Part shown: in pieces, positions 51,213 through 64,000 of the stretch
How the letters are laid out: every line of letters starts with the position of its first letter
Position numbering within the stretch: the stretch's first letter is position 1
Assembly: GCF_018350175.1 (NCBI RefSeq)
Contig: NC_058368.1
Span: forward strand, 141,920,001-141,984,000
Length of the DNA: 64,000 bases
Direction: 5' to 3'
Source of the DNA: Felis catus
Taxonomy: Eukaryota
Notes under the pieces: generated by a model
Database searches by the model: none
Told to the model about the DNA's origin: nothing
What the model saw: only the letters and a program-made list of their open reading frames with translations
Translations under genes and position numbers: made by a program

Positions 51213-51774
51213 AGATAGATTATAAAGGTAAGAAGAAGAAAATTTGAAGGTAAATAATTATTTTATGACCCAACAACTTTTGCTAATATAAAAATATAAA
51301 GTGGCTCTTTGGTAAAAAGTCTACAAACATGTTGAAAACAATTTTTAAACAAGTTAATTTAAGAAAAAGAATTTCTCAAACAATATAAGCTTAGATCTGA
51401 AATTGTAAAGAGGCTTGTGATAGATTAGCTTTTCTAAGATGTAGTCTGTGACAGACATTGTACTAGGTACTTTGTATTTGAACAGTGAGTTGCATCAGAC
51501 TTCTTCAGCCAAAGGTATTCAGTAAAATCTACAAATGACATTTTCAGGCACTTGCTCTTTAGGGAAGAAAAGTATTCATTTACATTCTTTACTGTTTTCC
51601 TTTGGGGAAAATAAGTATTTCAAAACATATCTGTACATATGTAGGGTTTCCTCCAACTCAGATCTGCTTATTTAATCTATCTATATTTTTGAAATATGAA
51701 CAACTGTGCATTAGAAAACAGTATCTCTAAGCCTGAGTATTCACAGTTTGGTCAAAGATTCAGAAAAGATGTGT

Positions 51775-51777
<3 letters not shown>

Positions 51778-51813
<36 letters not shown>

Positions 51814-51896
51814 GTGTGTATTATATATACATATATGTATAATATATATAAAATATATAAAATTTATAATAAATATAAAACACACACACACACACA
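51778..51896. repeat. Compound (CA)n/(TG)n/(TA)n microsatellite
   Basis: Seen directly. Confidence 0.9.
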
Positions 51897-52185
51897 AGTA
51901 CAGTAATGAAAAGCATTATAAACAATTAAAGACCAACAAAGATTAGGTTGCTAAATAGATGTATCTGGATCAAAGTTACTTATCTTTAAAATCTATACTT
52001 TTTACATTAAATTTTCTCAAATTAAAACTTAAGTTTTTGCTAAAATGTTTTTGTTCATTTACTCAATCATTCATTCATCCAAAAGACATATATAGAGTTT
52101 TAAACATATATCAGATTCTTTGCTAAGAAAAGGAAGTAATAAGCCAAGACAGACCTAGTCCTTGCCTTCAGGTAACTTATAATCT

Positions 52186-52420
52186 TTTTTTTTTTTATCA
52201 CTTCTTTTTTCTTTAAGTTTATTTATTTATTTTGAGAGAGAGAGAGAGCAAGAGAGAGCACAAGTGGGGAGGGGCAGAAGAAGGAGAGACAGAATCCCAA
52301 GCAGGCTCCGCCATCAGCACAGAGCCCATTCGTGGGGCACGAACTCATGAACTGCAAGATCATGATCTGAGCCAAAACCAACAGTTGGAAGCTCAGCCAG
52401 CTGTGCCACCCAGGCACCCC
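52186..52420 (-). mobile_element. CanSINE
   Basis: TSD caggtaactta(t/c)aatct. Confidence 0.92.
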
Positions 52421-52476
52421 CAGGTAACTTACAATCTAACAAAAGAGTTTACAGATTATCTGTATGAATTATTAGA

Positions 52477-52477
<1 letters not shown>

Positions 52478-52513
<36 letters not shown>

Positions 52514-52674
52514 GAGAGAGAGGGCGTGGGCAGGGCAGGAGCAGAAGGAGAAAGAGACAAAATCTTAAGCTGAGCATGGAGCCCTACTGAGAGCTCGATC
52601 TCACAACTGTGAGATCATGACCTGAGCCGAAATCAAGAGTGGGACACTTAACCGACTGAGCCACTCAAGCTCCT
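52478..52674 (-). mobile_element. CanSINE with a long poly(T)
   Basis: gagatcatgacctgagccgaaatcaagagt...ttaaccgactgagccac. Confidence 0.85.
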
Positions 52675-55600
52675 CTACAAGTTTTTTGAAGTATTCCTCT
52701 AACCATAGAAAGGTATCACTAAAGCAAAAAGTACACTACCATCATTTAACATCTATACCATGCTAGAACTCTTACACAGTGCAATACATCAAACTGTATG
52801 TTAGGTAACATTTTAAAATGATCTTAAGCAATGCTAGTTTTCTCCTTATGCCAAAACTCAAAACAAATTATTTTCAAGTATCAGACAAGGATACACATTA
52901 AAACACTAACTAAAAACATCAGCACTGGTTTCCTTTATGAGAATAATTAATTCTGCCAAAGAAAACTTTAAATTATCTAGATGGGTTTTAATTTTCACTC
53001 ATTATTTTTAAAAAAGCAAAAAATATTTGTCCTTCTCTCCACACTTCAAACGAATAACAATTTCCAGGGTTGGGGGAAAAAACAGAAGAAATGTTAGTTT
53101 TGAAGCTGGAATTTAAAGTGGAAATAAACAAAAACAGGTTCAGAATGAAAATGCCATCTCAACTAGAATATCATTCCTGTGGAGAAAGAACATAACAAAA
53201 AGAGCTTAACACCATGTGACTTATCAAAATACTATGCTGAGTACAATGGGTATAGCTTCTCCTATAATCCACGATGGTGCATGATTGTCTTTATGGAACT
53301 GTAACCTTACTACCTGAAAAATTAGAAACCTATCAAATCAAGATAAAGTTAAAACTGGAAACAAGTCTATACCTTATTTTCTACTTCACGGCAAAGAGTG
53401 TGTAACAGTATCTATTAAGTACACATCAGGTCACATACAGCATAGGACAGAGCTGCATGTGAAATTGACATAATCTCTTATTAGAAGTCTAAAACAGGAA
53501 GAAAAAAAGGCTCTCAAAAGAACAGAATTTCATTGACTTTCTGAGAACAGCAAATAACCGGTGACTGAAATACAACATTAGCAATAGATAACGGTCATTT
53601 CTATTGAATTGAAAAAGCCTTGCATTCCAAATCAAGGCTATAAAAAGCTTTGTGATGTGTTTGGCATTCCTCTCTTATATTATATTTCATTTTTCATTTT
53701 AAAAAATCCATAGTAAGTTCAAAACATTTTCATACTTAAAGGATCTACTATAAAAATAAAAATCTGAATTCTAAACAAAGAAGTTAAGAGCCCTATTCCA
53801 TCAAACATTTCTCCATTTGCAATTCATCTTGGTAATAGAGACAGAACCTGGGTAAATGCATATAGGACTTGAGGCAGGAGATTTTTCTTGCTCAATGCAT
53901 AATTCATGTGCTCCGCCTGCAAAGTGTGTAAAATGAGAATTTCACACCGCAGCATGAGCCATGGAGCTGCAGAGAAAAGGCAGATGAAATCATATTTTAC
54001 TGTGTGAATTTTATTTCTTATCCTCCCAATATTTATACAAAACCATCATTGACAAACCAAACACACTGACAGATCACCCACTGTTTCCATTGTGTTAGTA
54101 CTTGAGAAGAGATCAGGCAGAAAGATAGACAATTTGTTTTTGTATATTTTTTTTAAATAGAGGATTAGGTTTTTAACAGCTGAGTGACTGTATTAGACTT
54201 TTATAAGGACAACAGTAACTGATCTTAAAATCTCACTACAAAAATACCTAGTTATCAATTCATCACCCTCAAATCTCCATTTTGTTTCTATGGTATTCGA
54301 TTATACACCTCAACACATCAACATTGTCAAAATAAAATACAAAGTCACAGGGTTAAGAAACTGATTTCTACTTAATATATTTCATTTCAAATAATAAAGA
54401 AAAAGATCCTGGAAATACTTATTAAGCTCAAATAATACAAATAAAAATATGTAATAATATATCTGTAAAGATTTTTTCATGTATTATGCATGTTCATTTC
54501 ATGCTGATTAAAAAACAAAAAGCAAGTAGAAAAAAGATCTGAAACAACAAGCGCCAAGCATGCTTCCTAAGAGGAAACCACTGTAAAGAAGATTGAAATT
54601 TAAAAACTGTAAAACAGGATAAGTGGTATATAAAGTTTGTCAAACTCATATTGTACTTTGAAATCAACAAAAATTCAAGGCTAATTTCTAGCCTCGCAGG
54701 GCAAGATATTTGCATGAAATATTTTCAGTTAGAATTACCAACCAAGGACAATATAATGATTCTTTTGCCTTCAAGTCATCTAACAAATTTGATTTAAGAA
54801 ATTTGAGGCTCACACTTAACACTGGCCTTTAAAACAAAAGTACACTGCCAATAAATTAAGAATTCTTTTTAAGTGAAAAGAAGTCTAAACTGTTAAACAA
54901 ATCTTCCCTATTAGATTGTATTTACTTCAATAAGAAAACTTCTTAATGGTCTTCACTTTGATTTAAAGATTTCAAGTAAAGCGAAATGATATTTCTGTTC
55001 TGAAGAACTTAAAATATAAACTAAACTAGGAACAACATAAATTGAAAGAGGCAAGGCTTTGAAATGTTCTATAGTATTGTACGATATTCACAGAAGTTCT
55101 ATAATTGCTACATACATAAATACTTGTAAAAACACAAGTAAAACTTGTTTTCTATTTCTCAAATAGGGCAGAAAACCAATCAGAAAATAGTTTGTCTCTC
55201 TCTTATCCATGATGTTTCACAGCACAGGCCAGTTTTACTTTATCCCCAAGAATCTTTCATATGGTAGATCTTTTACTAAGGCATATCTTAACATTTACTA
55301 ATGTCTGGACATAGTTATAGTAACAGTGGCTGGTCTGTAGAGCACTTAAGATATTTAATCCCTCCCAAAAACAGACTAGCAAAGTTTTATGACATCCACG
55401 TAACCCGTAATAAAGATAACTGACAGCATCTCAAATAATGCTATGTATATATAGTTTTGTTTTTCTTCACTGTTAGTACATATATTAATTGCAATTTTGA
55501 TTAAGATAATTTTCAAATATGAAAAGCTTTTAATATGGAATGTTAAGTGCAAGTATGTTACATATATTTACTTTCATCGATAAATTATGCTTTATACAGT

Positions 55601-55921
55601 TTATATAATTAAAATGTTAATATATTTACAAAGAAAATACACAGAAGTTATACACAATAAATTACAATCATGATTTAAAATTTTTATCATTAAAAAATTA
55701 AATTTTTATCATTTAAATAAAAGCTTATTTAAATCTTTAGCAGTTGGTACACAGACACTGATGATATAATCAGAACTATTATATCAGTTAAGGCATGAAG
55801 AATGAACTAACAAGCTGATGTGGAAAAAACTATAGTATATAGGAACACACTAATACATAGCCTTGTTTTAAAAACATCAAAGCATAGATTCAGTTAAAAC
55901 AACTCAAAAGCCTGGTAACTT

Positions 55922-56142
55922 AAGAAAAAAAATTTTTTTAATGTTTATTTATTTTTGAGACAAAGAGAGACAGAGCATGAATGGGGGAGGGGCAGAGAGA
56001 GAGGGAGACACAGAATCCAAAGCTGGCTCCAGGCTCCAAGCTGTCAGCACAAAGCCAGAAGCAGGGCTTGAACTCACGGACCGTGAGATCATGACCTGAG
56101 CTAAAGTCGGACGCTCAACCGACTGAGCCACCCAGGTGCCCC
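55922..56142 (-). mobile_element. CanSINE
   Basis: TSD aaaagcctggtaactt. Confidence 0.93.
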
Positions 56143-57868
56143 AAAAAGCCTGGTAACTTAAAAAAAAAAAGTATTTTAAATGAAAGTATGACCATCTGAT
56201 TAACACACAAGTTTAACTAGAAGCGGAGTATAACTCAATTATACAGGTAAAAAATAGGATAAAGCGATATAAATGTGAATCTCTTTCTGATAAAATGCAT
56301 TTTACATTATTGATTTCCCTTCCCACTCTTCTTTTTTAAAAAACAAAAAATGGTTCCCTTTACACTGTGTAAACCATGGGCAGTCACTTAAAATTTATAA
56401 AACTATTAAAAGTAATTTTGTTATAGGTATTATTTGGAGCAAAAGAATCATTTCATAAAAAGACTCAGACTTAAAATATTTCTCTATCAAATACATTTCA
56501 GAAAAGAACACCTACCAATAAAAATATGCTTGCCCATCAAAATAATTGTCACTGAAGAACAAGATGATTTTCTTTGGTCATTACTGACAATATCTGATCT
56601 AAAATGAGGACATCTTCCAATCAATAACAAACATAATACCAGAATGTATGACTATATATAGTTTTATATCTTATGGATATGCTGGGGCACGGTGTTCAAT
56701 GACAAACACTTCAAGAACAAACAATTCAGCAGCGGCTCTCACTCTTTTGACTATCTTTACACCATTCACTGAGTAATATTTTCTCATCAGTAACATTTTT
56801 CATTCCAAGCAGTCATTCCCAACTAGGAGAAGTGGAAGGACCATTCTTTGATATAAACCCACTTTCTCCTCAGCTTGTATTTTCTATAATAAGAGAAATA
56901 GTACAAAAGGAAAAACAAAGGACAGAAATGGGAAAGCATACAGCATATTAAGAGAACTACAAATATGTACTCTCTTGGGATTAGTATATAGGGACCACAA
57001 AGACAATTGAGACTGGGAAGGTAGGTTTGGACATGCTAGCCTGCAGAGTTTTTACCGAACCAAGATGATAATGGGGCACCATTATGGGTAACTTTAACAT
57101 TAATCTGGCAGCTGTATAGAAGCACTGGGCTGGGCAAGTGTCTGAGGATGACCAATGGCAATGGTCTACGAGTAAAGTAATGAAAAGCCGATCTAGTATG
57201 GTGTAGCAGGAAAGGAAGAAATAGATATGAGAAATAATACAGAGAATCTCTAAGACTTGGCAACTGTGTAAACATACAGATAAAAGGAGGAGTCAGAGAT
57301 AAATTCTGGGGCTACAGATGTGGGAAAACAGAAAGAATGACAGTACTAAATGGTAGAGCAAGTATTCCTCTGGCTATAATGGATTGGGAAGCCAGTAGCT
57401 TCTAAGAGGTCTAAAAATTTGGTTTGAATTTGTAAAGAAAAGTTAGAGCTGTTATAGGGACTTAGAGATGTTATTATGGAAACATTTCACCTAAATGTTT
57501 TAGCTGAAGCCATGGGAGTGAATGAGTCTCACAACAGGAAGAATGTAGAGAAAAAGACTAAAAAATATATTGATTCACACTGATTAATATTTTTGAAAAA
57601 GTGATGTGCACCAAGCACTAACTTTGGGGTAATGTTCACACTTGAATGTCATAGGGGTTAAAAAGTAAAGCAATCAAAGGACTAAAAGGTCAAAGAAGTC
57701 AGAAGAAAAGGGATGCGAAGAGTTTCAAGTAGTCAGGGAACAGTCACACAAAAAGATCAAGAAGGAGAATATAATAAACAAGAGAAGGTCACTGAGTTTG
57801 GGAAAGATCATGGCTGACTTTTCAGAGAGCAGTATCTGTAGGAGGTGATAAGAATTGAAACCCATCTA

Positions 57869-58096
57869 GGGGCGCCTGGGTGGCGCAGTCAGTTAAGCGT
57901 CCGACTTCAGCCAGGTCACGATCTCGTGGTCCGTGGGTTCAAGCCCCGCGTCGGGCTCTGGGCTGATGGCTCAGAGCCTGGAGCCTGTTTCCGATTCTGT
58001 GTCTCCCTCTCTCTCTGCCCCTCCCCCGTTCATGCTCTGTCTCTCTCTCTCCCCAAAATAAATAAAAAACGTTGAAAAAAAAATTAAAAAAAAAAA
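57869..58096 (+). mobile_element. Young SINEC_Fc-type CanSINE
   Basis: Perfect 19-bp TSD aagaattgaaacccatcta. Confidence 0.95.
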
Positions 58097-59484
58097 AAGA
58101 ATTGAAACCCATCTAAAAGGGACTAAGAAATATTTGGGTTAAGAGGTTGTGGACGAAGACTACTTAGAGTATTTTTCTAAACTCTCTCTCTCACACACTC
58201 TCTCTTCCTCTTCATAGTACCTCACCCGCCAGATGCCAGGAAAGACTTGAGTACTTTGGTTGGCAGAGGAAGAATTAGTTCGTGGAGAAAGAGATTAAAG
58301 GTGCAAAAGAGGCAGATGATTATCAACAAATCAAGGCCAAGAGTAATTTAATCTTTTTCCTGGCTAAGTGGGTAGGAATTGCTTACTCAGAGCTACATTC
58401 AAAGGAAAAGGCAGGTAAATAGAGATTGTATATTAGATAGCAGAGAGGCAGAAGATGCCCACAGTGGATGGCAGCTCAGTCTTCTCCAGAAAGGGGTCAT
58501 AGTTGAACATTAACTTACAACTTGAATGGTATAAAAAGTCAGGAAAACACAGGAGACATTAAGAATTAAAAAAATTTCAGTTCCTTTCTGCATTGGTGTT
58601 CTATAACTCAAGTATTTTTGGTTTCTCAGGGAATTAATGTTTGTTCACGTTAAAAATGTTAACACTGCTGTTTTATATTTATATAGTATTATATATACTG
58701 TTTATTTATTTACTTATATTTTATATACTTTTTATATATTTATATAGTATTATATATACTTATCTTTCATATTAGATTTTTTATAACAGCACTTGAAAGT
58801 AGTAGAGTAGGAATTAGCATTTCTACTTTATAGATGAGGAAACTGAAGCATAAAGATAGTATCTTCCAAAAAGTAGAACACTATATACCTCATAGGACAC
58901 CATAAAATAAATTGTTCTCAAAGCTATACAATCAAGGTAACTCCAAGGCCTCATCCGTGCTCAACATCCCCAAAACACACTATCCAAGTGAAAGAAAAAG
59001 AAGAGAAATAGTAAAAGTATAGATTTAGTCTAGCTGCAGATTCAAGGAGTATGAATTTTCAGCACTAACAAACTGACATGCTAAATTAAGGTAAAGCACC
59101 CACCATCTGCCTTCATTACTCATAATCTAGACCAGAAGCCACAACACTTGGTATAAGGAAGAATTCTATAATTACAGAGTTGCCCATTATCTGAAAATTG
59201 GTATACTTGTAATTGCATGGTATATTCCAAATTACTCAGAAAGGAATAGTAAAAAATAGTTATCGTGGCCTCAAGGTGGAGAATATTCCAACAGATAAAT
59301 TAAAACAATCCTATCATCTATTATAGACAGCAAAAGGCATTAAATATGGAAAAAATAAGCCATATACACAGAATACATGGACATAAAACTATCAAGAATG
59401 TGAGTAAAATCTGAATTTTTCAAGAGTCTTAGCTCATCGCAATACTTAAAACTTTCATACTGATGTTCTACAGGAAAATATTTT

Positions 59485-59709
59485 TTTTTTTAAACTTTTT
59501 TTTCAACGTTTTTTATTTACTTTTGGGACAGAGAGAGACAGAGCATGAACGGGGGAGGGGCAGAGAGAGAGGGAGACACAGAATCGGAAACAGGCTCCAG
59601 GCTCTGAGCCATCAGCCCAGAGCCTGACGCGGGGCTCGAACTCACGGACCGCGAGATCGTGACCTGGCTGAAGTCGGACGCTTAACCGACTGTGCCACCC
59701 AGGCGCCCC
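59485..59709 (-). mobile_element. Young SINEC_Fc-type CanSINE
   Basis: Perfect TSD tacaggaaaatatttt; CpGs intact. Confidence 0.95.
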
Positions 59710-59814
59710 TACAGGAAAATATTTTCAATTATTAAGAGACTTAATCTGATCACTGAAAGTGTATGACAAAGAAACAAATTGAAATGCTAACCTGGGATAC
59801 CTTTGTAGCTTTTT

Positions 59815-59983
59815 GTTTTGTTTTAATTTAAAAAAAAATATTTATTTATTTATTTGAGAGACAGTGAGACAGAGTATCTCAAGCAGGCTCCGCACTGTCA
59901 GCACAGAGCTCAAAACCGGGCTTAAACTCACAACTATGAGATCAAGACATGAACGTTTAACTGACTGAGCCACCCAGGTGCCC
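59815..59983 (-). mobile_element. Older, internally deleted CanSINE
   Basis: TSD tacct(t/c)tgt(a/g)gcttttt. Confidence 0.85.
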
Positions 59984-60921
59984 CTACCTCTGTGGCTTTT
60001 TAATGCGGTCCTAAAACCCTGCTTCTAGAAAACAAAAAACAAAACACAAAAACAAAAAAAAACCCTACTTCTAATACTATGTAGGTACTAAAGTCTACAG
60101 TTTTTTAACTTTAACAAAACTTCGTAAGAATAATGCACTTTAATTCTACCCACTCAATATTCATTGATTTCTTGTGTGCTCATTTTTTAAAACACTGATT
60201 TCTTATTCTGGGTTGTACTTACTGTCAATTTCTAAAGCTCCTTTATTTTAAATAACATCTTAAACTTTAAAATATATAAATATGAAATGAATAATTTAAC
60301 ATAAGTAATTTAATGTAAGTAGGAAATGGGAGGACATCAAACTCACTATGTGATAAATTTTTATATGAGGCCACAGTAATAAACATAAAAATCTCAAAGA
60401 TTTTATGTGAATTTTTGGAAAATAGAAATCTTAGATTATACACTATAAATAGATACGTTTTAAACATAAATTCACATTTAAAATAGGCTTAGCCACATGC
60501 AAGAATATTTGCAATAAGGCAAGACAAAAACTAGCCAATTTTTAAACATGCTTATTTTTTTATTTTTTAAATATGCTTATTCTATAATAATAAATCTCTG
60601 GATGGGAGAAGGCAATTATCTACTTGAATGAATTTATTTTTATCCTTGGCTACTCAGGTGACTTATTAAAGAAATTCAAGTTAATAGAAAAAATAAATGA
60701 GGAAAATATTAGGTTAAAAAACAGAATTCAATAATAGGCAAAGTTTTGCCCACATATTCAACATATGGAATAATACGATATATACTTATAAAAAACTACT
60801 ACATTTGAAGCCTAGGATCAACATGATCCATTTATAGGAAAGGAGTAATAATTAAAGATCAGAAGGATATGTATAAGGTCTGAAATTAATATTAATAATT
60901 ACATTTTTCAATTTATACTTT

Positions 60922-61029
60922 TTTAAAGATTTTATTTGTAAGTAATCTCCACACCTAACACAGGGCTCGAACTCACAACCCTGAGATCAAGAGTCACATG
61001 CTCTACTGACTGAGCCAACAAGGCACCCC
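60922..61029 (-). mobile_element. Short CanSINE
   Basis: TSD tcaatttatacttt. Confidence 0.88.
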
Positions 61030-61675
61030 TCAATTTATACTTTCACTTTTTACTGCTAAGCAGGTAAGTTTCAGTGTTATAAATGTGAATCAGAAAGCAT
61101 TATCATTCTATTACATAAGTCATTCCTACATTTGTTTTTAAATACATGGCTACTGTATTTTTTATTAACTAAAGAATGTATATCCTTTAATTAAACCTTT
61201 ATAAGTATTCTATTACCCCTAACACCTATTTTTAAAAAGCATTACTTGTCTCATTTTCTTATGTATATACATTTATATCACCTTGCCCAATACTATTTCT
61301 GTGACTTCCTTTTACTTTCCCCTTCATGAAAGCCTCTATTGTCACATTCTAGTTCAGAAAAAAAAAAAAAAGGGCCATAACTCATAACATTGAGCTCTGT
61401 AATTACAGTGGCAAAGGATGAGGTTAAAAGTTTCTAACTCTTCTGTAGGGCTGAATTAAAAATGAAGCAATTATCTAATAAAAAAATAATAAAATCATAG
61501 GTGTGGATGAATAAAGATGATATTGATTTCAGTTGCCAGTGATAATGTTACATTTCTTTCTCAGTTTCTTGATTTTCAACAAGACACTTTTTTTCAGAAG
61601 TACTTATTCTTAATTGGAAAAAGTCTATGAGGATACTTACTTTCAATAACAACAAATGTGCAATCTCTTTCTTAC

Positions 61676-61823
61676 CTTAGTGACTTTTCTGGATTCAGAT
61701 TCACTTTCAGATTCTGATTCTGATTCAGAATCTGAAGAACTTTCTTCTATTGAACTAGAATCAGCATTGGAAGAATCTGAAGTTTTAGATTTTTCATTTT
61801 CGTTCTCCCCATCTTCAGAATCA
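61676..61823 (-). CDS. AP3B1: AP-3 beta-3A coding exon (148 nt; probably exon 20), acidic Ser/Glu-rich hinge
   Basis: Translates DSEDGENENEKSKTSDSSNADSSSIEESSSDSESESESESESESRKVTK; acceptor ttcatAG at 61824-61825; donor AAG|GTAAG at 61671-61675; ends in phase 0. Confidence 0.96.
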
Positions 61824-61903
61824 CTATGAATAACAAATTTCAAAATATCAACTTTAAATCCTTTATATAAACAAGTTTAAGTAGTTTAAGGAAATCAAAT
61901 GGC

Positions 61904-62134
61904 GGGGCGTCTGGGTGGCTCAGTCAGTTGAGCGTCCAACTTCGGCTCAGGTCATGATCTCATTCATGGTTTGTGGTTTCGAGCCCCGCGTGGGGCTCTG
62001 TGCTGACAGCTCGGAGCCTGAAGCCTGCTTCAGATTCTGTGTCTCCCTCTCTCTTTGCCCCTCCCTCCACTCAGGCTCTATCTCCGTCTCTCAAAAATAA
62101 ACAAACATATAAATAAACAAATAAATAAATAAAT
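61904..62134 (+). mobile_element. CanSINE 80 bp from an AP3B1 splice acceptor, antisense to the gene
   Basis: TSD aatcaaatggc at 61893-61903 and 62135-62145. Confidence 0.93.
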
Positions 62135-63537
62135 AATCAAATGGCAAATTGGTGCTATATGTCCATTTTGCCTATAAATCAGAACCTTTATTAGAGAAGT
62201 ATATTTCACTGAGAACCAATTCTTTTTAGTATATAAAAGATAATAAAAATGGTTTTAAAATTCCAGAACATATCAATAAAATAATAATAAAGGTAGTATT
62301 ATCTATAACCAAATATATCAGAATCCATTCAAAATCAATGATATTACCATGTCAAACATACCTCAAATGCAAAAGGCCATCAAACAACACTAAATGATGT
62401 AAGTAGAATATAATTAATAGTTAAATGTTTGATTTACCAGGAATATATATTAGGTGCTAATAGTAACAACTTCAAAGATACTTAGGACTGATTTTAAAAC
62501 GCTGTCTTGAAATACTAAATATCCATTAATAAATTTAAAACTCATACACATACTTTTGCTAAAATAGACTTGCATTTTATAGATTTTTTTTTGTACAAGA
62601 AAATTATTTACATATGTTCTGAAATGTGACCCATAAACATACGTGAGAAAATGTTAACTAGTTCAAAAGAGATTCCTTCTAATGCACTAAGTCTTACTAA
62701 AAATGTCAAATAATCAAATATAAACTTTTAAAATACCAAATGATCAAACCTAAATGCTGATGCTATTCATTCATTTAATAAATATTAATTGACCACCCAC
62801 CATGCGTTGTAAGTACGTCAGTGCTTAAGGATCACAGTGGTTAGTAAGATACAGAAGAACTCTGTGTCGCCCTTATAATGTCTACACTCCTTTGGAGACT
62901 ATAGAGAAGTAAGGCGGCAATGACAATAAAGTATGGTAAGTAATGAGTAATAATGTATACTGTGTCATGAAAACATCTGGAGGAGAGAAGCATCTAAACA
63001 AACTTAACCGAGAGAGGGAACGCTTTCTAGAGGAAGAACACAGAAGCTGAGAAACAGGATCAAGTAAAGGAAAGTCTTGAGTAGGGAGGTAATTATCCAA
63101 GGAGAAGGAGTAACATGTGAGGCAGCCCAAAGGTCTTTTCTCAAAGAGAGATAGCTGGTGGTCTTCTACATTTTCTCAAAACTGAAGGTCTAATTCTCTT
63201 TCCATGTGTGTGTATTCTTTTTAAGAATCTTTCTTTTTTTCAGAAACTTTATATTAGTTAGCTCATATAGATGTTCCAACATATTCTTACTGGGTGCATT
63301 ATTATCCTATAATATTCAGGAAAGTTAAGAAACTTGCTCAAGGACATTGCCAAGAGTGGCAGGACTGGAATTTGAAGTCCATCTAAAGACCATGTTTTCC
63401 CCATTACACCATACCAGCTCCCTTCAAATAAAAATATTTAGGAGTGTAAAACTAAAATTTAATCATAAATTGTTATGACTACTAAGGGTGGTTTTAAAGA
63501 TAATTAAAGCTCCTTAGCTTTACAAAATTATCATACA

Positions 63538-63650
63538 GGGGTGCCTGGCTGGCTCAGTCAGTAGAGCGTGTGATTGTTGAGCTCAGGGTCCTAAGTTCAA
63601 GTTCCATGTTGGGTGTAGAGATTACTTAAAAATAAAATCTTTTTAATAAA
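63538..63650 (+). mobile_element. Short old CanSINE
   Basis: ggggtgcctggctggctcagtcagtagagcgtg...gggtgtagagattacttaaaaataaaatc. Confidence 0.88.
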
Positions 63651-64000
63651 AATCATTATACACTTAACACAAGCAAGTTTAAAAAAAAATTCTAAAAGAC
63701 AGGCCGAAAAACATGGGGGGGGGGGGGGAGAGAGAGAGTGCTAAAAGAAGGGAAGAATCGATATTTCCTAGAATTGATTTTTGCAGAGGAAATACGATTG
63801 CAGTTTATTAAAAATGAAGTCATGGCAACATCTCAGAGCACATGTAATTATGTTCGATGACTAAAAAATATGTTGTTTTTTCCCCATAGCCAAAAATGGC
63901 AATCTATTATCCCCAACTCAATGGTTACAACATATACTTAAAAATATAAGGTTTTTAATGTATTTGAGATTCCCTCTAGTGTAATAAACAATTCTTTTAA

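Noticed and set aside
25752..54058. Shared 12-mer cattgacaaacc in two enhancer-like blocks
   Set aside because: Many 12-mer matches are expected by chance in 64 kb
2975..62100. Recurring short ORFs such as MAQSVERPTSAQVMIS... and ...GAPGWRSRLSVRLQPGHDL... that look like a gene family
   Set aside because: All are translations of CanSINE copies, not genes
3001..63650. SINE orientation bias: 17 sense versus 9 antisense to AP3B1
   Set aside because: Two-sided binomial p is about 0.17; not significant
63715..63740. Poly(G) run followed by (GA)n
   Set aside because: Simple low-complexity tract; G-quadruplex potential only, nothing else supports a function

Overview
AT-rich mammalian genomic DNA, almost certainly from a felid, given the young SINEC_Fc-type CanSINEs. 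The whole window lies inside the AP3B1 gene (AP-3 adaptor complex beta-3A subunit), transcribed on the - strand. Five coding exons (148, 73, 107, 232 and 85 nt) have canonical GT-AG boundaries and join in frame. They encode the acidic Ser/Glu hinge, the LLDLD clathrin box and the start of the ear domain; by my recollection of the human gene they are exons 20-24. The rest is intron: about 26 CanSINEs, a 3.85-kb composite L1, older L2/MIR/LTR/DNA-transposon remnants and microsatellites. No prokaryotic systems, rRNA or CRISPR are present, and I cannot demonstrate a new biological system from sequence alone. The best leads are: (1) a candidate in-frame 27-nt microexon or alternative terminal exon just downstream of exon 22; (2) a tandem array of three ~120-bp palindromic units; (3) repeat-poor blocks rich in homeodomain motifs in the 32-kb intron that look like conserved enhancers, possibly for neighbouring OTP; (4) an L1-into-L1 insertion with an apparent 3' transduction; (5) three tail-only retro-insertion scars. 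Repeat family names come from my memory of consensus sequences and need RepeatMasker/Dfam confirmation.
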